Below are positions 11,569 to 21,921 of a stretch of DNA of 64,000 nt, piece after piece (the first letter of the stretch is position 1; each line of letters begins with the position of its first letter). The stretch spans positions 20,279-84,278 of the forward strand of contig CAZUIH010000001.1 in NCBI GenBank assembly GCA_964620365.1. The letters run 5' to 3'. The notes beneath the pieces are model-generated. The model saw nothing but the letters and a program-made list of their open reading frames with translations. It was not told the DNA's origin and did not search any database. This stretch comes from an uncultured Desulfobacterales bacterium. GTDB lineage: Bacteria > Desulfobacterota > Dissulfuribacteria > Dissulfuribacterales > S140-46. Position numbers and translations under genes: made by a program.

Positions 11569-13740
11569 TTAAACAACCCACTGCTTTCTTTCAAAATCTT
11601 CATCAGGTACCGTCACTGCGATGTACCCTTTTGAAGGAATGGTATGTGTCACAAGACCATTGTGCACGATTTCCACACAAAAGGTCAATTTTTCATTGGG
11701 TTGAAGCCTCAAAACAGCAAAAGGAACCGCTATCTCTGCCACTTGCGCAACAGCAATTTTGATTCCAGTCCTACTTAATTCACTCGGCTTACCATCAATT
11801 TCAGTCCGTATATCCCATAAAAGGGTCTCATCCTCCCTTCTGGGAAAAAGGTCAATCCTGATCTCGGCAAAACCATTGATACGTACCCGAATAGAGACAT
11901 CATCAGGCCAATTCCCAAACTTTTTGACCCGGGGATCAATCTTTAGATAAAACCACCGCAAGTCAAACCCATAGGCCAGCTCAGATAAAGGGCCTTCCCC
12001 CGTATGCATCGCTCCGCCTACATCCTGCTGTTTAAAGGTTCCAGCCCCTGCCCACTCCCAGAAAAAACTCAACTTTCCATCAATGTCTGGATGAATAAAG
12101 GCAACAGGATCTTCATAAGCCTGTACTGGTCCAGGACTCTTAACAGGTACAAGCAGACCATCCGGCACCTCTTTTCCAAGGAAACGGTAGACCTGCTGAA
12201 TATGGGACCTGAAAAGACGATCAAATTCAAGCGCATAATCAGTGGAAAACTGGTCTCCATACCACCAAAACCAGTCACTGCCTTCCGCAGCCAAAATAGA
12301 CTGCCTGGCTGATGAAAGCCGGTGCACATCCACAGAGTCCTCTGCCCGTTCCACCTCATCCAAGACTTTTCTTGCAGCCCCCAACAAATCCCAGGCCCTG
12401 TTTTCCTCTTCTCCACCGATCCATATCCCGTAATCACCATTGATCCATGACCCTGAGTGCAGGGTATCAAGAGATTTGGTTGGCGGATTCTTTTCCAAAT
12501 ATTCGCTAACCGTGACTAGGTTGAGCTCTTTGTCATCCAGGATCCTCAGATAAAGCTCTTCCAAAAATTTTTCTCCTCCATCCTGATAATACTCCCATGG
12601 ATTTTCCCCATCCAGGACTACAGCCAAAAAAGGAGACCGTTTCATCCCCTCTAACCCTTTTTTAATATCCTTTAAACGCCTGACAAAATCTGATACAGCA
12701 ATATTAGGATCATTTTTCTGGTAAACAAAGCCTATAAGATCAGACAAGTGATGATGACGAAAAATCATATTAACAGCACAGCCATCTATCTCCACCCTGT
12801 AAGGCTGGAACAGGCTGAAATCATCCACGGAATCCAGGGATCTAAAAAGAACCTCCTCATCTGTTGCCGTCCAGACAAAACCCGATGCGTCTATCAGGGG
12901 AATGAGTTCAGGAGCCACCGCCCCCTCAGATGGCCACAGGCCCTCTGGTCTTTGGCCAAGGATCTTGGCACAGTAATCACGCCCTTTTTCAAGTTGCAAT
13001 AAGGCATCTTCAGGATAATTGAAACGGGAAGGAAGCCTGGCATCCGGCAGTGACCTTTCTGCCAAATTCGTGTCAATTAATAATGGTAATATGGGATGAT
13101 AAAATGGACTGGTGCTTATTTCAATCTGACCTGACCCCCACAACCTTGCATAGTGAGGGATCACGTCTCTTACGATTTTAAGATGAAGATCCAAAAGGGC
13201 ATGTTTTTCGCTTTCAGAAAAATCCCTGCCCTTTTCAAAAAGGGATTTTGCCAACGGGTGCCCCCGGGAACTAAAACCCAGCCACGAAAGGTTGAACCAG
13301 ACCTGGAGATCCAAGATATCCTGTGTTGAGAAAGCCCTACTCAAGGCTGGGAGATCCTCTGTTTTTATCTCTCGCCCCCTTTTGTCCAACAGCTCGGCAT
13401 ACCTGGGATATGGCTCCACCATGGTGGGCCAATGACAACTGAAAAAACGAGAAATTATAAACTCTTTTTCCGAAGAAGCTAAATCACCTACCGATTTTCT
13501 ACTGACACTCAGAAAGACATCACTCTTTCCCCTATTATATAAATCAAGCTGAAGCAGGAGAGACGGGGCCAAATTAAAGGTAACACGCGCCTCCTTTAAA
13601 TTATCAAGGCAAGTCACCATGTCTGTATATGCCTTAGCCGCATGAAGTCTTACCCAAGGCATGGAAAACCGGTCACTGACCGGATCTAGATAGAGTGGCT
13701 GGTGCATATGCCACAAGAATGCCACATTAAGTTGCATCAA
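11569..13740 (-). CDS. Glycoside hydrolase family 57 protein (alpha-glucan acting)
   Basis: GH57 conserved regions by eye: WHMHQPLY, WPSEGAV (candidate nucleophile Glu) and VLDGENPWEYY (candidate acid/base Asp). Confidence 0.85.
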   Translation of the reverse strand: MMQLNVAFLWHMHQPLYLDPVSDRFSMPWVRLHAAKAYTDMVTCLDNLKEARVTFNLAPSLLLQLDLYNRGKSDVFLSVSRKSVGDLASSEKEFIISRFFSCHWPTMVEPYPRYAELLDKRGREIKTEDLPALSRAFSTQDILDLQVWFNLSWLGFSSRGHPLAKSLFEKGRDFSESEKHALLDLHLKIVRDVIPHYARLWGSGQIEISTSPFYHPILPLLIDTNLAERSLPDARLPSRFNYPEDALLQLEKGRDYCAKILGQRPEGLWPSEGAVAPELIPLIDASGFVWTATDEEVLFRSLDSVDDFSLFQPYRVEIDGCAVNMIFRHHHLSDLIGFVYQKNDPNIAVSDFVRRLKDIKKGLEGMKRSPFLAVVLDGENPWEYYQDGGEKFLEELYLRILDDKELNLVTVSEYLEKNPPTKSLDTLHSGSWINGDYGIWIGGEEENRAWDLLGAARKVLDEVERAEDSVDVHRLSSARQSILAAEGSDWFWWYGDQFSTDYALEFDRLFRSHIQQVYRFLGKEVPDGLLVPVKSPGPVQAYEDPVAFIHPDIDGKLSFFWEWAGAGTFKQQDVGGAMHTGEGPLSELAYGFDLRWFYLKIDPRVKKFGNWPDDVSIRVRINGFAEIRIDLFPRREDETLLWDIRTEIDGKPSELSRTGIKIAVAQVAEIAVPFAVLRLQPNEKLTFCVEIVHNGLVTHTIPSKGYIAVTVPDEDFERKQWVV

Positions 13741-14103
13741 TCAAAGCCCTCTGGCCTTTTCTTCCTTTTCCTGCTTTGCCTTGCATTCGATACAAAGAGT
13801 TGCTACAGGCCTTACTTCAAGCCGCTTGGTACTTATTTCCTCTCCACACTCTTCGCATATCCCATAGGTCCCTTCGTCGATTTTCTCAAGGGCCTTTTTG
13901 ATCTTTTTTATAAGTTTTCGCTCTCTATCTCTTATTCTGAGTTCAAAGCTGCGATCTGACTCCACAGCAGCCCTGTCAGTCGGATCGGGAAAATGTTCAT
14001 CTGAATCAGTCATCTCTCCAAGGGTTTTATCTGCTTCGCCCAAAAGCTCATCTAGATTTTTTTGCAAAAGCTTTCTAAAGTGTTCCAACTGTGCCTGATC
14101 CAT
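13741..14103 (-). CDS. DksA/TraR family C4-type zinc-finger protein
   Basis: Coiled-coil N-terminus and a CEECGEEI...CIECK zinc finger. Confidence 0.85.
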   Translation of the reverse strand: MDQAQLEHFRKLLQKNLDELLGEADKTLGEMTDSDEHFPDPTDRAAVESDRSFELRIRDRERKLIKKIKKALEKIDEGTYGICEECGEEISTKRLEVRPVATLCIECKAKQEKEEKARGL

Positions 14104-14106
14104 TGA

Positions 14107-14601
14107 TCAACCTCCTGCTTCCTTTCTCATCCAGGTACCACTTTTGCCACCTGATTTATACTCTAACCGGACCTCATGTATGAGAAGATCCTTATCAACT
14201 GATTTACACATGTCATAGATTGTAAGTGCTGCAACAGATACCGCTGTCAAGGCCTCCATCTCCACCCCCGTAACTCCCTTGGTTTTTACACGGGCCTTGA
14301 TGCCAATCGTCCAGTTCTGCTCATCCGGTATAAAATCCACCTCTACACTGTGAAGGGGTAAAGGATGACAAAGAGGGATGAGATCATCCACTTTCTTGGC
14401 TGCCATTATCCCAGCAACTCTTGCTACTGCAAATACATCCCCCTTTGGAATTCCCTTTTCCATTATCAGCTTGAAAGCCTTTTCACCTATCCTAATCTTG
14501 CCAGAGGCCACAGCTTCCCGGAGGGTGACCGCTTTTTCAGTAACATCCACCATCCGGGCCTTACCTTGGGAATCCACATGGGTCAAAACAGATCCCATCA
14601 C
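14107..14601 (-). CDS. moaC: Cyclic pyranopterin monophosphate synthase MoaC
   Basis: [22 protein letters not shown] and [22 protein letters not shown]. Confidence 0.93.
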   Translation of the reverse strand: MMGSVLTHVDSQGKARMVDVTEKAVTLREAVASGKIRIGEKAFKLIMEKGIPKGDVFAVARVAGIMAAKKVDDLIPLCHPLPLHSVEVDFIPDEQNWTIGIKARVKTKGVTGVEMEALTAVSVAALTIYDMCKSVDKDLLIHEVRLEYKSGGKSGTWMRKEAGG

Positions 14602-15740
14602 TGGACTCTCCCTTGCCGTTTCTTTTTATGCGAGTCCGGCCGTTTGAAAAACTTTCGGAAAAAACCTCCTTCTTTCTTGTTTCTTTCTATATCCTCAAAC
14701 TCTTTCAAGAGCTCTTTTTGACGTTCAGTCAATCTTGTTGGGGTAACTACCCTTATCTCTAGTACCTGGTCCCCAGTAGCAAATCCTCGCAGGTCTGGAA
14801 CACCCTTGCCCTTCAACTTAAAACGTTCCCCGTGCTGAGTACCCGGGGGTATCTCAAAAGCAGTCGTGCCATCCAGGGTTGGCACCTCTATGGTGTCCCC
14901 CAAGGCAGCCTGAACCAGTGAAATGGAAATAGGACAATAAATATCGTTGCCTCGCCGCACAAAAAATTCATGGGGTTCAACATTTATCACTATATAAAGA
15001 TCACCTCTTGGGCCTCCTCTGACTCCTGCCTCTCCTTCGCCCTTCAGTCGCAGTCGCGAGCCGGTATCCACACCGGGCGGGATTCTGACCTTTACTTTGT
15101 GTTGTTTGCGCACTCTTCCATGTCCCTGGCATTTCGTGCAAGGATTCGAAATAATAACTCCCCGCCCCGAGCAGTGAGGACATGTGGATGAAACCCTGAA
15201 AAACCCTTGAGATCTTATCACCTGCCCCCGTCCCCCGCAGGTAGGGCAGGTCACCGGCTGGCTTCCTGCCGGCATCCCGGTGCCCCCGCATTGAGTACAA
15301 GTATCAAGGCATGTGATTTCTATCTCTGTTTCCGTTCCCTTTACAGCGTCTTCAAAAGAGATGGACAGATCGTATCTAAGATCCGCCCCGGCCTCAGGCC
15401 TGAGCCCACCTCCGCTGCTGCGGAAACCTCCACCAAATCCAAAAAGGTCTTCAAAAAGATCACTAAAAGCACCAAAAATATCTTCGTGACTGGAAAAACC
15501 GCTGAAACCAGTGCCAGATGTCACTCCTTCATGGCCGTAAGCGTCGTAGACCCTTCTCTTTTCCGGGTCATGCAGCACCTCGTATGCCTCAGCCGCTTCC
15601 TTGAAGCGTTCCTCAGCCTCTTTATCTCCCTGATTCCTATCGGGATGATATTTTAAAGCGAGCTTCCTGTATGCCTTCTTTATATCTTCCTGGGATGCAT
15701 CTTTAGGCACCCCCAAAACTTCATAATAATCTCGTTTCAT
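14598..15740 (-). CDS. dnaJ: Molecular chaperone DnaJ
   Basis: J-domain (DYYEVLGV...KYHPDRN), a G/F region, and four CxxCxGxG zinc-finger repeats. Confidence 0.97.
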   Translation of the reverse strand: MKRDYYEVLGVPKDASQEDIKKAYRKLALKYHPDRNQGDKEAEERFKEAAEAYEVLHDPEKRRVYDAYGHEGVTSGTGFSGFSSHEDIFGAFSDLFEDLFGFGGGFRSSGGGLRPEAGADLRYDLSISFEDAVKGTETEIEITCLDTCTQCGGTGMPAGSQPVTCPTCGGRGQVIRSQGFFRVSSTCPHCSGRGVIISNPCTKCQGHGRVRKQHKVKVRIPPGVDTGSRLRLKGEGEAGVRGGPRGDLYIVINVEPHEFFVRRGNDIYCPISISLVQAALGDTIEVPTLDGTTAFEIPPGTQHGERFKLKGKGVPDLRGFATGDQVLEIRVVTPTRLTERQKELLKEFEDIERNKKEGGFFRKFFKRPDSHKKKRQGRVQ

Positions 15741-15888
15741 AAGTCAACCAAATCCACCACCAACTTAGCCGGGATACACCGCCTCCGGCACCTTAGTTTC
15801 AAAGGCAACTGCTATCCTCGCATATAATGTGTTCAGCATATTTTTTTCCAACCAACAAATGATACTATCATCCAATTGCCAACTCATC

Positions 15889-15918
15889 CTTGCCCTAGGC
15901 GATACCGCCAGGGGCAAG
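15889..15918 (-). other. GC-rich imperfect hairpin downstream of rpoZ (no U-tract)
   Basis: CTTGCCC-N-GGGCAAG with an inner GGCG/CGCC pairing, giving a 13-position stem with 2 mismatches. It lies 26 nt after the rpoZ stop. No T-run follows, so it is not a canonical intrinsic terminator. Confidence 0.3.
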
Positions 15919-15943
15919 CGGATCTTTCACGGATAACCACTTA

Positions 15944-16210
15944 TTATTTACCTTCCATCTCCAAGGTATCGGTTTGCAAGGCCTGAAATATCCTCTGTTC
16001 CTCAGTCTGCCTTGACAATTCCTCCAGATTTTCAAAGGTAACCTTGCCCGCGGCTATTTCCCTTAGGGCCTGGACTATCTCTTTATTTTTACATCTAACC
16101 AGAGGCTTAGCGCCCTTTCTAAGCTGTTTGACTCTCTCTACCGTCAAATGAACAAGGCTGAAACGACTATCAACCTTTTCCAAACAATCCTCTACTGTTA
16201 CTCTTGCCAT
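15944..16210 (-). CDS. rpoZ: DNA-directed RNA polymerase subunit omega
   Basis: [36 protein letters not shown] is the canonical RpoZ N-terminus. I chose the ATG at 16210 over the upstream GTG at 16228. Confidence 0.9.
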   Translation of the reverse strand: MARVTVEDCLEKVDSRFSLVHLTVERVKQLRKGAKPLVRCKNKEIVQALREIAAGKVTFENLEELSRQTEEQRIFQALQTDTLEMEGK

Positions 16211-16424
16211 GAGACGCCTCCGATCCACACAAAATTACCAGATGTGGACTCAAAATTATTTATTATTTCTTGTACTCTTCTAAAAGAAGATAGTATTATA
16301 ATGTGCCATTTTCTATAGGCAATCCTATTTTTAATTGAAAAGCAGGCACATACTCTACAGATGGACAAAAGCATTCAACAAAAAGGAATTTTTCCTCTAG
16401 CACAGTTAGCCTTAAAATTGTAGC

Positions 16425-18914
16425 GTGTGGTCATTTCAAGCAATAAATAAGGGTACTATCAGGTTCTCTTGGTCACTTACTCTGACCATAATTATCCTCT
16501 TTTTTCCAATCAACCCTATTACCTTGGAAACGATCGCGGACGAAGGGGTCTCAAACGGCCCTCAAATTCCCAGGTCTAAACTTACAGTAACAGCAGACTC
16601 CATCTCTCCGGCATGGCAAATTCTGTGGAACAAGGCAAGAGAGATGGGGAAGACCGGCGATGCAAGGGGTGCAATCGCTCTATACAAGATACTACTTCGT
16701 GAACGGCCTGGCCTGACCCAAGCCCGGATGGAACTCGCAAACCTGCTTGTGGCTACCGGAGACAGGAACGGGGCCATCAATGAACTGGAAAGGATAGTTG
16801 AGTCTCATCCAGAAAATATTGTCGCAACCTTTAAGCTGGCAGAACTTTTACGTCTCGAAGGGCAGTGGGCAAAGGCATTACCCGTATATAAAAGGATTCT
16901 TGATGCGATAACCAACAAAAACAAATCCTTTCCACAGACCCTTCAAGGGCTCTCCTCAATCGAAACTTTAAAGGCCCGGACAGAGGCAGGCATTGGATTG
17001 TGTCTCAAGGCACTGGGACATCCCAAGGAAGCCATAACTTACCTAGAGCAGGCACTTACACACCTAAATACAAGAGACGACCTGGAAAAAGAGCTCGCTC
17101 TTACATTAACGCACCTTGGAAACACAAAAAATGCAATCCTTCACTTTCAAAAGGCCTATCCCAGCTATGAAGATGACCCCGAATTCCTGAGTGAATATGC
17201 CCTGGCATTGATAAAAATGGGAAGACCTGAAAAAGCTGAAAAGATCTATATACGCATGACAGAGTGTCTAGCAACCGATAATACACTAAGTCCAGAGAAA
17301 AAAGAGCGACTTTTAAAACATACTACCGAGATCTTCATTCCGCAGTATCTGATATATTCGGACTCTGGAAAGGCAATAGATCTGCTGGAACAGGCACACC
17401 GTTCCTTGAGGAATCCAGATCAAACAAATGGACTCTTATCCATTTTGGTCAGGTTGTACTTTGCGAACCATCAGTACCTAAAAGCATGCGAATCCCTTGA
17501 AGATATTGTGAAAAACAACCCTGACAACAGGGAGGGACTTTTTTTTCTAGCCCGCTCCTATGAAAAACTGCAACTGATCAAACCCGCCATTTCTGCATGG
17601 GAACGTCTTTACGAAAAAGAGCGCTCCATCTCAACACTCACCCACCTACTCGAACTTTTAGTGGAACAAGGCAAATTCAAAAGGGCCCAAATGTACCTGC
17701 CTGAAGTTTTCAAATACAAATTTGAGAGCGATAAAAAACTTAAAAAATTAGTTATCTTCATCTTGCTCCATGAAGGCGAAATTGAAAGGGCGAAAAAAGT
17801 ACTTTCGTGGAACCTGTTAAACAATGACCCCGACCTGCTGAGAACATATCTTGCCTCTGCTTTTTCCAATGCCACTGGGAACGAAATCTTTGAGAATTTT
17901 TGTCAAAAATCCCCAATTAAATTGGATGGATACTCAGACTTTTTAATACTGAAGCTATTACTGAAGAGACTCATTGATACCAAGTGTCTCAAAAGGGCAG
18001 AGCAAATCTTACAGAGCCGCTGGAGGACGCAGAGATCTATCTGGACATTACGTGACATTGAAGACGTGTATTCGCTCTCTGGCGATCGCAAATCTTTATT
18101 AATCAGCCTGGAGAATGAGCTGAGTGATTTTCCATCCTCCCAACGAGAAACATTGATCAAAGCCAGACTTCTCATTCAAACCGGCAACAATTTGGAGGCA
18201 GAGCGGATTTTGCTCCATCTTTTATCCACGGGTTCGGCTTGGACAAAGGAATGGACCTGTCTATACTTGGGTCACATCGCAAACCTCCACGGGCAATACG
18301 AAAAGGCCATGGAGTACCTGGATGCCATTATCATGAAATTCCCCAATCACGTAGCTGCCCACATAGAGAAAGGAAACATCTTTTGCGATTATGGGATTAC
18401 ACCAGAGGCTTTCAACGAATTTTCAGCTCTCTTCGAACTTACAGGGGAAAAAAGAGGTTGTTCAAGGACCTCTCAAGCCCCAGACATTAAATTATTTGCC
18501 GATCCCCGAAAAATAATATCAAGCGATATCTGCAGATATAACAACATTAAATGCCAAATCGAGCTCGCGAATTCATATGAAAACATGAACGCCCTTGATG
18601 AGGCAGTATCCGTGTGGCATGGTATTATAAAGAGACATCCTTATTATTGGCCTGGCTATCAAAGTCTTTTCCAACTATATAATAGGTTAGGTAAAAAGAA
18701 AAAGGCAGGTGAGATTAAAAAAATGGCCTGTAGGGCCTTAACTACGTATGATAATAGTGAAAAGTTCTTGTCATATTCATTTATAAAAGAAGAAAATTCA
18801 CCTTACAAAAAGAAGACGGACCCAAGTGAACTGGACAAAGAATACCGTAAATTCCCATGGATGAATGGCAACAAAAAGATTTTAGAAGAATGGACTAAAA
18901 TCTTTTGCAAGTAA
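16425..18914 (+). CDS. Large TPR-repeat protein with N-terminal signal anchor
   Basis: 829 aa. Hydrophobic N-terminus (WSLTLTIIILFFPI), then many TPR-like helical repeats (for example AIALYKILL, ALPVYKRIL, AVSVWHGII). Function unknown. Confidence 0.8.
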   Translation: MWSFQAINKGTIRFSWSLTLTIIILFFPINPITLETIADEGVSNGPQIPRSKLTVTADSISPAWQILWNKAREMGKTGDARGAIALYKILLRERPGLTQARMELANLLVATGDRNGAINELERIVESHPENIVATFKLAELLRLEGQWAKALPVYKRILDAITNKNKSFPQTLQGLSSIETLKARTEAGIGLCLKALGHPKEAITYLEQALTHLNTRDDLEKELALTLTHLGNTKNAILHFQKAYPSYEDDPEFLSEYALALIKMGRPEKAEKIYIRMTECLATDNTLSPEKKERLLKHTTEIFIPQYLIYSDSGKAIDLLEQAHRSLRNPDQTNGLLSILVRLYFANHQYLKACESLEDIVKNNPDNREGLFFLARSYEKLQLIKPAISAWERLYEKERSISTLTHLLELLVEQGKFKRAQMYLPEVFKYKFESDKKLKKLVIFILLHEGEIERAKKVLSWNLLNNDPDLLRTYLASAFSNATGNEIFENFCQKSPIKLDGYSDFLILKLLLKRLIDTKCLKRAEQILQSRWRTQRSIWTLRDIEDVYSLSGDRKSLLISLENELSDFPSSQRETLIKARLLIQTGNNLEAERILLHLLSTGSAWTKEWTCLYLGHIANLHGQYEKAMEYLDAIIMKFPNHVAAHIEKGNIFCDYGITPEAFNEFSALFELTGEKRGCSRTSQAPDIKLFADPRKIISSDICRYNNIKCQIELANSYENMNALDEAVSVWHGIIKRHPYYWPGYQSLFQLYNRLGKKKKAGEIKKMACRALTTYDNSEKFLSYSFIKEENSPYKKKTDPSELDKEYRKFPWMNGNKKILEEWTKIFCK

Positions 18915-19012
18915 TGAAAATATATGGTTTTTACTTATGTGCTTGCTTTTTAGACTCATTACGACTAGAACAGGACAGAATTTTTACATTTAAATAATTC
19001 TCAGGAGTACCA

Positions 19013-19981
19013 ATGAAGGTCTTTGTCACTGGAGGAGCTGGTTTTATAGGTTCAAATCTTTGCGATGCCCTTGTTAACCGGGGAGATTATGTTTCAGTTA
19101 TAGACGATCTATCCACAGGTTCACTAGACAACATTGCTCAGCTCCAAGGACATCCCAGATTTCTGTATGTTAACGACACGATCCTGAATGAAAAGAGGAT
19201 GGAAAATCTTATTCAGGATTGTGACGTAGTAATCCATTTGGCCGCTGCAGTAGGGGTAAAATATGTCATAGAAAACCCTCTTTCTTCCATAGAGACAAAC
19301 ATAAGAGGTACCGAGATAACACTTCAACTCGCAAATAAATACAAGAAAAAAATCCTCCTGGCGTCTACATCAGAGGTTTACGGCAAGCATATGCATGCCC
19401 CCTTAAAAGAAGACGACAATCTTATTTATGGACCTCCTTCCACTATGAGATGGAGTTATGCTGCAGCTAAGCTTGTCGACGAATTCACTGCCCTTGCATA
19501 TCACCGGACAAAAAAATTAAAGGCCGTGATATTCCGCTGCTTCAATACGGTGGGCCCAAGACAGACAGGCCTCTATGGAATGGTGGTCCCCAGATTCATA
19601 CAGCAGGCATTAAGGGATGAGCCAATAACCGTTTATGGAGATGGGCAACAGACCCGGACTTTTACCTATATAGGAGATGTAGTAGAATCCATAATGAGAC
19701 TTATGGAATGTGAAAGGGCCATAGGAGAAGTTGTAAATATTGGGGGCACCGAAGAGGTCACAATACTTGAACTTGCCAAGAGAATTAAGGCCATCGTCGG
19801 GAGTTCATCAGAAATCGTATGTATACCCTATGAACAGGCCTATGGAAGAGATTTCGAGGATATGATGCGCAGAGTTCCATCCTTGGATAAACTGAAAAAT
19901 CTCATAGGCTATACCCCTCAAACATCCCTTGATAAACTTCTTGAAAAGACAATAGAATATTTTCGGTCTAGGGTTTCATAA
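19013..19981 (+). CDS. NAD-dependent sugar-nucleotide epimerase/dehydratase (extended SDR, UXS/GalE-like)
   Basis: Rossmann motif VTGGAGFIGSNL, STSEVYG and the catalytic YAAAK. Confidence 0.9.
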   Translation: MKVFVTGGAGFIGSNLCDALVNRGDYVSVIDDLSTGSLDNIAQLQGHPRFLYVNDTILNEKRMENLIQDCDVVIHLAAAVGVKYVIENPLSSIETNIRGTEITLQLANKYKKKILLASTSEVYGKHMHAPLKEDDNLIYGPPSTMRWSYAAAKLVDEFTALAYHRTKKLKAVIFRCFNTVGPRQTGLYGMVVPRFIQQALRDEPITVYGDGQQTRTFTYIGDVVESIMRLMECERAIGEVVNIGGTEEVTILELAKRIKAIVGSSSEIVCIPYEQAYGRDFEDMMRRVPSLDKLKNLIGYTPQTSLDKLLEKTIEYFRSRVS

Positions 19982-19995
19982 TACACTTCTGGCTG

Positions 19996-21921
19996 TTGGG
20001 GATCATGACTCCTTTTTTTCTTAACACAGCCCTGGTTTTTACATGCTCCTTCGGTATAAGCAGTCTGCTTACGCCGTGTGTCATCTGGGGAGCCAAGAAA
20101 ACCGGGTTTATTGCCAATCCCAGGGAAGACAGATGGCATAAAAGACCAACTGCCCTCCTGGGAGGCATAGCCATTTTCATAGCATTCATCACTGGGTGCC
20201 TGCTTTTCTGTGATCTCAACGGGCCAATCTTGCCCCTGATATTAGGCGCAACCGCCATCTTTATGCTAGGACTGTTTGATGATATTCACGAACTTTCCCC
20301 ACAGGGTAAATTCATCGGCCAACTTATCATAGCCGCTTCGGTAATAGCCGGGGGACTCAGGATACATGCTGGCTATCCAGCCATATCGATAATAGCCTCT
20401 CTCTTCTGGTTTGTAGCGGTTACCAACGCATTGAACATCCTGGACAACATGGATGGCCTTGCTGCTGGGATAGCATTTATAGCCGCCAGTTCCCTGTGGG
20501 CGTACAGCAGGCTGGAGGGTCCACCCCTTCTTGCGACACCCGCAATTATACTGGCCGGAGCCACTGCCGGTTTTTGGATTTACAATTTCAACCCTGCAAA
20601 AATTTTCATGGGGGACTGCGGCAGTCTTCTTTTGGGTTTTGTCCTGGCCAGTCTTTCAATAATCGGAACATGGGGCGCGGCGTCGGATGCACAATCTTCA
20701 ATGGTGGGATATACAGGGGTATCAAACATCATATTGGTCCTGGTCGTTCCAATGGCCGTTCTGATGATACCATTATTTGATACTGCCCTGGTTTCATTCA
20801 CCAGGGTACAAAGTGGCATTTCTCCTTTTCAGGGGGGAAGAGACCACACCTCCCACAGGCTCGTTCTTCTCGGCTTTTCAGAGTCCAGGACTGTTCTAAC
20901 CCTAATGGCATGGGCTGGGATCGTTTCCGCCTTAGTGCTGTACTTATCCCAACACAGTGCCCATGGATTACTGGCCGTACTAAGCATAGTTTCAATAATA
21001 TCCCTGTTTTTCGGAATATTTCTCACCAACCTCAACAGCACCGTTTATACAGGGGATGAATCAAATGAAAAAACAAACCGGAACGCCGTTATCTGGAAAC
21101 TCCTTTTGAATAAAAAACAGATGCTTCAAGCGATAGTAGACACTATCCTTATTACAGTTTCCTATCTTTCCGCCTATCTACTGAAGTATGAAGGTATAAT
21201 AAACGATTGGAACCTGGACCTGATTGAAAAGTCACTCCCTCTGATCATACCGGTTAAGCTAGCCGCATTTTGGGGCTTTGGCCTCTACCGAGGGCAATGG
21301 CGCTTTGTAAGTGTAGGAGATCTATGGCAAATCATAAAGGCGGTAACCATCAGTTCACTCATCATCATTGGCATACTCCTATTCCTCTACAGGTTTGAGG
21401 GTTTTTCACGGGTTGTATTCCTTAACGATGCCATGCTTACCCTGCTACTGATAGGCGGAGTTAGAATGCTGCTTAGACTTTTTAAGGAATATTTTAGTCA
21501 GAAGGCAGAACAGCGACATGAAACACCTATCCTTATCGTTGGGGCAGGGGATGGCGGAGACTTGTTTTTAAGGGAACTAAGGAAAAATCCGCATCATGAC
21601 TACCTGCCAGTGGGATTCATAGATGACGATCCTGCCAAAAAGGGACAAATAATACATGGAGTCAAGGTGCTGGGAGACAGAAAGTCTCTTGCCACCCTAA
21701 TAAAAAGGCATGGTATAAAGGAGATATTTGTTGCGATAATGTCTGCTACGGAAAAGCAACTTTCAGACTACTTTGAAATATCCAAATCAATGGGTGTGAC
21801 CTGTAGACGGGTCAGGCCACTGTTTCAATGTGACTGTGGAAATAACAAAGAACCCCTGAATAATATCAGGAAAAAAAATAATGTAGTTCATCTAGCCATG
21901 GGAGTCGACAACAAAAAATGA
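19996..21921 (+). CDS. Fusion protein: polyprenyl-phosphate HexNAc-1-P transferase (WecA/MraY family) + CapD/WbpM-type N-terminal membrane/Rossmann-like module
   Basis: The N-terminal half has MraY/WecA motifs (GLFDDIHELSP, NALNILDNMDGLAAG, NFNPAKIFMGDCGS). The C-terminal half has 4 TMs with GLYRGQWRFVS, then ILIVGAGDGG...VGFIDDDPAKKG, as in the N-terminus of PglF/WbpM/CapD. It lacks their dehydratase domain. Confidence 0.8.
   Translation: MGIMTPFFLNTALVFTCSFGISSLLTPCVIWGAKKTGFIANPREDRWHKRPTALLGGIAIFIAFITGCLLFCDLNGPILPLILGATAIFMLGLFDDIHELSPQGKFIGQLIIAASVIAGGLRIHAGYPAISIIASLFWFVAVTNALNILDNMDGLAAGIAFIAASSLWAYSRLEGPPLLATPAIILAGATAGFWIYNFNPAKIFMGDCGSLLLGFVLASLSIIGTWGAASDAQSSMVGYTGVSNIILVLVVPMAVLMIPLFDTALVSFTRVQSGISPFQGGRDHTSHRLVLLGFSESRTVLTLMAWAGIVSALVLYLSQHSAHGLLAVLSIVSIISLFFGIFLTNLNSTVYTGDESNEKTNRNAVIWKLLLNKKQMLQAIVDTILITVSYLSAYLLKYEGIINDWNLDLIEKSLPLIIPVKLAAFWGFGLYRGQWRFVSVGDLWQIIKAVTISSLIIIGILLFLYRFEGFSRVVFLNDAMLTLLLIGGVRMLLRLFKEYFSQKAEQRHETPILIVGAGDGGDLFLRELRKNPHHDYLPVGFIDDDPAKKGQIIHGVKVLGDRKSLATLIKRHGIKEIFVAIMSATEKQLSDYFEISKSMGVTCRRVRPLFQCDCGNNKEPLNNIRKKNNVVHLAMGVDNKK

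Noticed and set aside
15741-15943. Looked for a CIRCE (TTAGCACTC-N9-GAGTGCTAA) operator or a sigma-32 promoter upstream of dnaJ.
   Set aside because: No CIRCE-like inverted repeat is present. The only TTGAAA-like hexamer is not followed by a CCCCAT-like -10 at suitable spacing.
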